Source: Candidatus Omnitrophota bacterium (lineage in GTDB: Bacteria; Omnitrophota; Gorgyraeia; Duberdicusellales; 4484-171). Taken from it: a stretch of DNA of 64,000 nucleotides. The position numbers and the translations under genes are program-made. Under the pieces are notes generated by a model, which saw nothing but the letters and a program-made list of their open reading frames with translations, made no database searches and had not been told where the DNA came from. Location: NCBI GenBank assembly GCA_018826075.1, contig JAHKAJ010000024.1, forward strand, positions 4,343 through 68,342, given 5' to 3'. The stretch's first letter is position 1; each line of letters begins with the position of its first letter. Positions 57,952-64,000 of this stretch are shown here, in pieces.

Positions 57952-58535
57952 ATAACCGCGACAACTTTCTTAAAGGGCTATGGTCAGAGCATCCGGTGTT
58001 TCGCCAGCTCTTAGGCATGTGCCCGACTCTGGCAGTGACTACTTCGGCTAAAAACGGCCTTTATATGGGTATGGCAGTCATCTTTGTGCTTACCTTTTCT
58101 TCGTTGGTAGTTTCTTTGATCAAAAAAATAGTGCCGAATCAGGTCAGGATAGCAGTATATACGGTTATTATCGCTACTTTCGTGACTGTGGTCGATATTT
58201 TTTTTAAGGCTTATATCCCGGATATGAGCCGCCAGCTTGGGCCTTATCTTCCTTTGATCATTGTTAATTGTATAATCCTTGGACGTTGCGAAGCCTTTGC
58301 TTCTAAAAATAACCTGAAAAAATCCACAATTGATGCTTTGGGTATGAGCGCTGGTTTTACCTGGGGGCTTTTTGTCTTAGGCTCGATCAGGGAACTTTTC
58401 GGTTCGGGGATGATTTTAGGATTTACTATTTTAGGCAAAAATTACAATCCTTTGATCGTGATGATCCTGCCGGCCGGAGCCTTTATTGTTTTAGGGCTTT
58501 TGGTGGCCGGAATGAATAGATTGGAGCAAAAATGA
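57948..58535 (+). CDS. rnfE: Rnf complex subunit E
   Basis: LGMCPTLAVT, PLIIVNC, P.GAF. Confidence 0.93.
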   Translation: MNNRDNFLKGLWSEHPVFRQLLGMCPTLAVTTSAKNGLYMGMAVIFVLTFSSLVVSLIKKIVPNQVRIAVYTVIIATFVTVVDIFFKAYIPDMSRQLGPYLPLIIVNCIILGRCEAFASKNNLKKSTIDALGMSAGFTWGLFVLGSIRELFGSGMILGFTILGKNYNPLIVMILPAGAFIVLGLLVAGMNRLEQK

Positions 58536-59116
58536 CCGAGTTATTATTAATTTTCATATCCACGCTTTTAATCAACAATTTTGTTCTTTCATATTTTTTG
58601 GGGATTTGCCCGTTTCTCGGTGTATCGGGAAAGATCGAATCAGCTATTGGGATGGGCTTGGCGGTTACTTTTGTGATGACTCTGGCCACTAGTATCAGCT
58701 GGCTGATCTACCATTTGATTTTGGTAAAGTTTAACCTGCTTTTTTTGCAATACGTTATTTTTATCCTGGTTATTGCATCTTTAGTCCAGATGGTTGAGAT
58801 GTTTATCCGTAAGTTTTCATCCGGGCTCTATCAGGCCTTGGGAATATATTTACCGTTGATCACTACTAATTGTGCGATCCTGGGCGCGGCCTTGTTTATG
58901 GTTTCCCGAAATTACTCATTTTTAGAATCAGTGGTTTTCGGATTTTCCGGAGGCTTGGGGTTTTCATTAGTGCTTTTAGTCATGGCTGGAATCCGTCAGG
59001 AATTAGAGGATGCTGATGTTCCTCGGGTATTTAAGGGAGTTCCTTTGACTTTGATTACCGCGGGATTATTGGCTTTGATCTTTATGGGCTTTTCCGGTTT
59101 ATTCAGCAGCATTTAA
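58532..59116 (+). CDS. rnfA: Rnf complex subunit A
   Basis: NNFVL..FLGICPF, LPLITTNCAILG, FMGF. Confidence 0.95.
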   Translation: MTELLLIFISTLLINNFVLSYFLGICPFLGVSGKIESAIGMGLAVTFVMTLATSISWLIYHLILVKFNLLFLQYVIFILVIASLVQMVEMFIRKFSSGLYQALGIYLPLITTNCAILGAALFMVSRNYSFLESVVFGFSGGLGFSLVLLVMAGIRQELEDADVPRVFKGVPLTLITAGLLALIFMGFSGLFSSI

Positions 59117-59121
59117 TATCG

Positions 59122-59937
59122 ATGATTACTACGGCAATAATAACTTTAGGAGTGGCCGGTTTTATTTTTTCCTTAACTTTAGCTTTGTTGAGTAAACGGC
59201 TGAAGGTAGAGGAGGATCCTCGCGCATTAAAAGTCATAGAAATCCTTCCTGGCTTGAATTGCGGAGCCTGTGGTTTTTCCGGTTGCCGGGCTTTTGCTGA
59301 GGCGGTAGTAAGGGAAGGCCAGATTTTTAACGGCTGTCTGCCTGGCGGGGATGAGTTAAACCAGCAGATATCGGCAGTAATCGGCGTAACTGCCTGCTTA
59401 CAGTCAAAAAGCCAGGTAGTAGTCTGCCGTTGTGGAGCCGAAGCCAGTGAAAAAAAAGTGGCTACTGATTACCAGGGTCTTTTAACCTGCCGGGCGGCTC
59501 AAATAACCGGTGGAGCTTTAGATTGCCTTTACGGCTGTTTGGCCTTTGGTGATTGCTTGAAAGTTTGCCCGGTAAGCGCCTTGTCGCTGGAGAATAAAAA
59601 AATCCGTGTTGATTTTTCAAAATGTATTGCCTGCGGCAAATGTATCCAGGCTTGTCCGCGCAATCTTTTTGAATTGGTTCCTTGGTCCAAAGTAAATGAT
59701 CTTTATTGGGTTGCCTGCAATAATACCGAAAAAGCCCTGAAGGTAAAAAAAGTCTGCAGCCGTGGGTGTATTAGTTGTACAATTTGCGCTAAAGTCAGCG
59801 AATCGCCTTACTATATAAAAAATAACCTTTCTTATCTAGACTACACTAAGCTTAGTAGCGAAACACCTTTGGAAGCCGCAAAGACTAAATGCCCGACCAA
59901 GTGTATTTTTTCAGCTAAAAACCCAAAAGGCGCTTAA
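59122..59937 (+). CDS. rnfB: Rnf complex subunit B
   Basis: LPGLNCGACGFSGC, CLYGCLAFGDC..CP, CIACGKC..CP. Confidence 0.93.
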   Translation: MITTAIITLGVAGFIFSLTLALLSKRLKVEEDPRALKVIEILPGLNCGACGFSGCRAFAEAVVREGQIFNGCLPGGDELNQQISAVIGVTACLQSKSQVVVCRCGAEASEKKVATDYQGLLTCRAAQITGGALDCLYGCLAFGDCLKVCPVSALSLENKKIRVDFSKCIACGKCIQACPRNLFELVPWSKVNDLYWVACNNTEKALKVKKVCSRGCISCTICAKVSESPYYIKNNLSYLDYTKLSSETPLEAAKTKCPTKCIFSAKNPKGA

Positions 59938-60335
59938 TGCCCAAGGAAATCTTAAAAGTAACCAAAGTTTTTGAGGGGAAAGTCAGCCTAAAAACTGACC
60001 GGTTGAAAATGTGCTCGTGTTGTTCGTTGTTTCATTTCTGCGGCAACCGTAAAGATGATTTCACGGTTGCCGACCAGGGAATAAGTTATAAACCCGGCGA
60101 TAAGGTCGAAGTCGAGATCAGCGAGGGAAAGATAGTTTCAGCCGGGCTGATTATTTTTCTATTGCCGGCAATGATTTTTCTCGTTAGCCTGGTAGGTTTT
60201 CGCCGTTTCGGCGAGCTTAGGAGTTTTTTACTTGCCTTGGGGGTAGTTTCTGTTTATTATATAACTGTAAAGCTAAGTTTAAGAAAATGGGGTAAGCGTT
60301 GGGAGTTAAAAGTTATAAAAAAATGCGAATCGTAA
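59937..60335 (+). CDS. RseC/MucC-family protein
   Basis: C..CS....C, GD.VEV, two C-terminal TMs; adjacent to rnf. Confidence 0.8.
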   Translation: MPKEILKVTKVFEGKVSLKTDRLKMCSCCSLFHFCGNRKDDFTVADQGISYKPGDKVEVEISEGKIVSAGLIIFLLPAMIFLVSLVGFRRFGELRSFLLALGVVSVYYITVKLSLRKWGKRWELKVIKKCES

Positions 60336-60931
60336 ATATTGCGGTATTAGCTTCAGGGAAGGGGAGTAATTTTGAGGCGATCGTCAATGCCCAGCGGCGC
60401 GGCCAGATCAGGGCTGAAATAAAGCTTTTGCTGGTTGATAAGGTCAAGGCTTTCGCCCGTCAGAAGGCCAAACGTTTGGGGGTCAGAGAAATATTTTTGA
60501 GCCCTAAGGATTATCCGACTTCTTTAGAGTTTGACCGGGCGGCAGTTAAAATTTTAAAAAGCGAAAAGATCGATCTTGTGGTCTTGGCCGGATACCTAAG
60601 GATTCTCTCGCCTTACTTTATTAAAAAATATAAAAACCGTATTTTAAATATTCATCCGGCGCTTTTGCCGAGTTTTAAAGGCATTGATTCTATCCAACGG
60701 GCATTTGAATATGGTTGTAAAATAACCGGAGTTACGGTTCATCTGGTCGATGAAAAAGTTGACCACGGGCCGATAATTTTACAGGAACCAGTTTGGATAA
60801 AGAAGGGGATGTCTCTAGAGCTTTTAGAGAAAAAAATTCATCATCTTGAACATAAACTTTATCCTTTGGCTATACGGCTTTTTATCCAAAAAAAGCTAAA
60901 AATCAAAGGAAGAAATGTTTCGACCATATAG
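60323..60931 (+). CDS. purN: Phosphoribosylglycinamide formyltransferase
   Basis: ASGKGSNF, LAGYLRIL, NIHPALLPSF.G, G.TVHLV...VDHGPII. ATG 60323 preferred. Confidence 0.96.
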   Translation: MRIVNIAVLASGKGSNFEAIVNAQRRGQIRAEIKLLLVDKVKAFARQKAKRLGVREIFLSPKDYPTSLEFDRAAVKILKSEKIDLVVLAGYLRILSPYFIKKYKNRILNIHPALLPSFKGIDSIQRAFEYGCKITGVTVHLVDEKVDHGPIILQEPVWIKKGMSLELLEKKIHHLEHKLYPLAIRLFIQKKLKIKGRNVSTI

Positions 60932-61352
60932 AATCATCTTTTTGTCCATTTTAGCTGTCGGTTTATTGGGAGCTGGAAAAACCGAGAACCTGGTCAAGGC
61001 TAGGGTGGATAAGGTTTCGGTTTCAACCGGTGAACCTTTACGCTACACTTTGGTTGTTGAAGGAGTTTTTGATGAGCCAAAGTTAAAACTTCCGGAATTC
61101 AAAGGATTTAAGATTATTTCTCAGGCTCAGTCAGAGAACTATTCTCATCTAAAAAGTGGCACAAGGCTTACTCTAAAGCTGGAATATGTTTTATATGCCG
61201 GAGAGCCAGGCGAGTTAATTATCGAGCCGGCAACTATTGAAGATAAAAAGAGTGAATATAAAAGTGATCCGATTTCTGTCCGCGTAAACGGCAAGCCTTT
61301 AAAAGAAAAGAAAAAAATCCTTCCCTTTTTGAGAAACAGCACCGACCTTTAA
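60915..61352 (+). CDS. Exported BatD-like Ig-fold protein
   Basis: Signal peptide, ARVDK..V..GEPLRYTL.V, G.L.IEPATI, SDPISVRV. Confidence 0.65.
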   Translation: MFRPYRIIFLSILAVGLLGAGKTENLVKARVDKVSVSTGEPLRYTLVVEGVFDEPKLKLPEFKGFKIISQAQSENYSHLKSGTRLTLKLEYVLYAGEPGELIIEPATIEDKKSEYKSDPISVRVNGKPLKEKKKILPFLRNSTDL

Positions 61353-61355
61353 AAA

Positions 61356-61519
61356 TGGGGACAGGTCCCGTTCAAATCAACCCAATAAAATCAAGCGTTA
61401 TTTGCTGGTTTTTACGAAAATCAAAAATATTCATAAAGAAAAGGGAATTTTTAAAAATTTTAAAAAATGACCAAAAAAGTATTGAAAACATTAGGTTAAT
61501 AAAGCGGGACCTGTCCCCA
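61356..61519. mobile_element. MITE-like element, 164 bp, with perfect 15-bp terminal inverted repeats
   Basis: TGGGGACAGGTCCCG (61356-61370) and CGGGACCTGTCCCCA (61505-61519) around a very AT-rich core. Confidence 0.6.
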
Positions 61520-61530
61520 AAAGTCAAAAG

Positions 61531-63579
61531 TCAAGGGATGTTGCGCAGGTTTTCTTCAGCTTTACGAGCGTTAAGGTAGTCTTTACGCTCGTAGAAGATA
61601 TTATGGGCTTTTAAGAAATTTTCTTTGGCTTTATCGTTTTGGCCCAAGGCATACCAGGCCCGTCCCAGCCCGAAATAGCTTTCAGCTAAACCGGGGTTAA
61701 GTTCTATGGATTTTTGAAAGTATTCCGCTGCTGCATTGTTTTTTCCCAAATTAGCATAATTTTCCCCTAAACGATAATAGATCCTAGAGTTAGTAGGAAA
61801 GGATTTTAAAGCTTTCTTAAGGTAACCTATAGCTTTTTTGTATTCCGAAGGTTTAGATTTAGCCAGACCCAATTCAGTATGAGCTAACGCTAGGTCAATA
61901 TAAATTTCGCTAGATTCGGGGCTTAGCTGAATAGCCTTTTTATATTCGTTAATCGCTAACTCATGTTGGCCTAAAAGCAGATAGGTGTGGGCTAATTCAA
62001 AATGAACCAGACCATAGTCAGGGTTAAGAGCCAAGGCTTTCTGAAGGTTTTTTATTGATTCATCGGAATTAGCCAACAAGCGGTAAGTTCTACCTAGCGA
62101 AAGATAAACCGGAAGATAATCAGGTTTTGAATCCTTGGCTTTATTTAGGTAGATAAGGGCTTTTTGGTATTGGCCAAGTTCAGTGTAGCTGTCGCCGAGA
62201 AGGCGGTAATTTTCGGGATCTTCAATTTTTTGCTCTATAGTCTGCTTAACCGCTTGCTCTAAATAGGCAGAAGCTTCTTTGAGATCGCCTAAACTAATAT
62301 GCACTAGACATAACTTTAAAGAAATTCCCGGATATTGCGGATAGAATAAAGCCGCATCTTCAAAATGATTCAAAGCTTCCTGGAATTTTCCCGATACCCG
62401 ATAAAATTCACCGAGGTTGAAGTGAAGGATCGGGTTGTGTGGATCTTTAATAGCAGCATCCTGCAGGATTAGGAGAGCTTGCTCTGGTTGATTAAGCAGA
62501 CTGTAGATTTCAGCTAGGAGAGTCTGAGCGTAAAGATAGCGCGGAAAAACTTCAAGGGCTTTTTTGCAAAATTCAGCAGCTTTTAGTAAGTTTTTTTGGT
62601 CCGTCCGTAAATCGTAGGCAAGAGCAGTGTAGAGGCTGGCTTGAGAAAGTTTTGATAAAGTATTAGTCTGTTCAGACTTGATGTCGGCAATTGAATCAGT
62701 CGGCATAAGGTCAGGATTGGAAGCGAAGGTAATAGTCCTGGTCTTGTCATTAAAGGTATCATTGATGACAACCCGAGGGATGTTTACGAAGGAGGAATAG
62801 ATGCCGATAACTTTCCGGGTTATTTCTTCGATTTTTTCTAGAGGTATCGATAAGTTTTCTTTGAATTTTTTGAATTTTATATTAAAGCCTATATTTAAAG
62901 TTCCAGAGGCATAACCCATAGTCAGATCGTTAAATTCGTAATCATCTTTATGCTCCGCGGATAAAAAAGTACGGATGATATTTTGTTGGATAAGCAAAAG
63001 TATAAATTCGGTCAAAGGGATGTCATATTTATGGATATAATTTCCTTCAATATCTTTTAGTATTTCACTGTCGATCGAAGGTATTTGAACAGTGACTACC
63101 CGTTCACTTAATTCTTTTGTGGAGACTGGGATTCCCAGAGCCCAGGATATTATTTGGAGCCTTATCTGATCTGGGATAAACACTAAGTCGTAAGAATCAA
63201 GCCTAAGGAGGTCAACCCCTCCGGTCCGTAAAATATCCGATTTAATAAAACAGTAAAATGTTGGGAGGCTTTCGATGTTCAGGAGAGCCCGGTTTATTGA
63301 TTCGGAGATTTTTCGGGTAGTTTCAAAAAGGTCTTCGTCGAGCCGGCCTTCTTTATTGACTTTTAGTTTTCCCTGCTCATTGAAAAGTTTTATTGGTGCA
63401 AAGACCCAGACTGTATCGCCGACTGCCCAAGCATTGATTTTAGTCTTAAAATCGGATTGAGCGATATTTTTTATCACTTTATCAATATCTTTACGGGAAT
63501 AGGTGGGGGGTGTTGAGCAGGATATAAAAATTAGCAAGCAGAGGCTAAAGATATTTTTCTTTAGGACGTTCTTTGCCAT
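61531..63579 (-). CDS. TPR-repeat lipoprotein
   Basis: MAKNVLKKNIFSLCLLIFISC lipobox-like signal; about 10 C-terminal TPRs (LG..Y...G....A...F.KA..L.P). Confidence 0.82.
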   Translation of the reverse strand: MAKNVLKKNIFSLCLLIFISCSTPPTYSRKDIDKVIKNIAQSDFKTKINAWAVGDTVWVFAPIKLFNEQGKLKVNKEGRLDEDLFETTRKISESINRALLNIESLPTFYCFIKSDILRTGGVDLLRLDSYDLVFIPDQIRLQIISWALGIPVSTKELSERVVTVQIPSIDSEILKDIEGNYIHKYDIPLTEFILLLIQQNIIRTFLSAEHKDDYEFNDLTMGYASGTLNIGFNIKFKKFKENLSIPLEKIEEITRKVIGIYSSFVNIPRVVINDTFNDKTRTITFASNPDLMPTDSIADIKSEQTNTLSKLSQASLYTALAYDLRTDQKNLLKAAEFCKKALEVFPRYLYAQTLLAEIYSLLNQPEQALLILQDAAIKDPHNPILHFNLGEFYRVSGKFQEALNHFEDAALFYPQYPGISLKLCLVHISLGDLKEASAYLEQAVKQTIEQKIEDPENYRLLGDSYTELGQYQKALIYLNKAKDSKPDYLPVYLSLGRTYRLLANSDESIKNLQKALALNPDYGLVHFELAHTYLLLGQHELAINEYKKAIQLSPESSEIYIDLALAHTELGLAKSKPSEYKKAIGYLKKALKSFPTNSRIYYRLGENYANLGKNNAAAEYFQKSIELNPGLAESYFGLGRAWYALGQNDKAKENFLKAHNIFYERKDYLNARKAEENLRNIP

Positions 63580-64000
63580 GCTTTTTGAATATTTCGACGA
63601 TCTCGTCATATTCCAGCTCACCCTTAGTGACTAGCTGTTGTGAGAAATTATCGAGAAGCTCTTTTTCGCGAGTTAAAATTTCTTCGACTTCCTTAATACA
63701 GGTTTGCAATATGGTTTGTACGTCTCTTTCCATCCTTTGACGGGTTTCTTCGGAAAGCTGGTATCCCCCGAATAATTGTGAATCGCCATAACCAGACCGG
63801 ATCCCAGCAGTCAGAGCGTCGAAATTACCGAGGATGCCGCTGGGGCCCATACCGTAGTTAAAAACCATTCCATGAGCTAGGAGTAAAGCGCTTTGAAAAT
63901 CGCTGCTTACGCCGGAAGTGGTTGTTCCATAACGAATCTTTTCCGCAGCATAGCCTCCCAACGAACATTTTATATTAGCTAAAAACCATTCTTTGGTTTG
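63545..64000 (-). CDS. FtsH-like peptidase M41 C-terminal region (5' part outside the window)
   Basis: Frame open to the window edge: QTKEWFLANIKCSLGGYAAE...GVSSDF..A...A..MV..YGMG...LSEETRQ. Confidence 0.8.
   Translation of the reverse strand, partial: QTKEWFLANIKCSLGGYAAEKIRYGTTTSGVSSDFQSALLLAHGMVFNYGMGPSGILGNFDALTAGIRSGYGDSQLFGGYQLSEETRQRMERDVQTILQTCIKEVEEILTREKELLDNFSQQLVTKGELEYDEIVEIFKKHGKERPKEKYL

Noticed and set aside
61355-61579. 74-aa ORF across the MITE-like element
   Set aside because: AT-rich low-complexity translation, no SD, overlaps the convergent TPR gene end.

Overview
A gene-dense, mostly plus-strand chromosomal window from an anaerobic diderm bacterium. Gene content and style suggest Candidatus Omnitrophota (PVC group); this is an inference and no search was run. 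Bases 1-17.2 kb hold a type IV pilus/T2SS-like locus: a secretin with a long C-terminal TPR-like extension, a MshEN-PilB ATPase, two pilins, a PilH/PilI/PilG(Xap)-like ABC module, four minor pilins (three carrying large adhesin-like cargo domains), PilC, a PilM-PilN fusion and PilO. The rest is largely housekeeping: valS, nadC, uvrB, coaX, CIRCE-groESL, a PAS-HD-GYP protein, porCDAB-ferredoxin, a SurA-like chaperone, tmRNA, trxA, three tRNAs, rnhA-yebC-ruvC-ruvA-scpB, metK-ahcY-pfkA-fba-ilvD, mreBCD-mrdA-rodA, a radical SAM pair, an inverted polyamine cluster (nspC, CASDH, SpeD-like), an MFS transporter, rnfCDGEAB-rseC, purN, and a TPR lipoprotein plus an FtsH-like C-terminus. The least expected signals are: (i) a structured leader with an overlapping +1-frame uORF at the SpeD-like gene, (ii) adhesin-loaded minor pilins including a nested Ca-binding repeat, (iii) two families of small palindromic or MITE-like intergenic elements (GTAG-REP and GGACA...TGTCC), (iv) an in-frame heptamer repeat inside valS, (v) a tmRNA tag ending -ALS, and (vi) several apparently leaderless genes.
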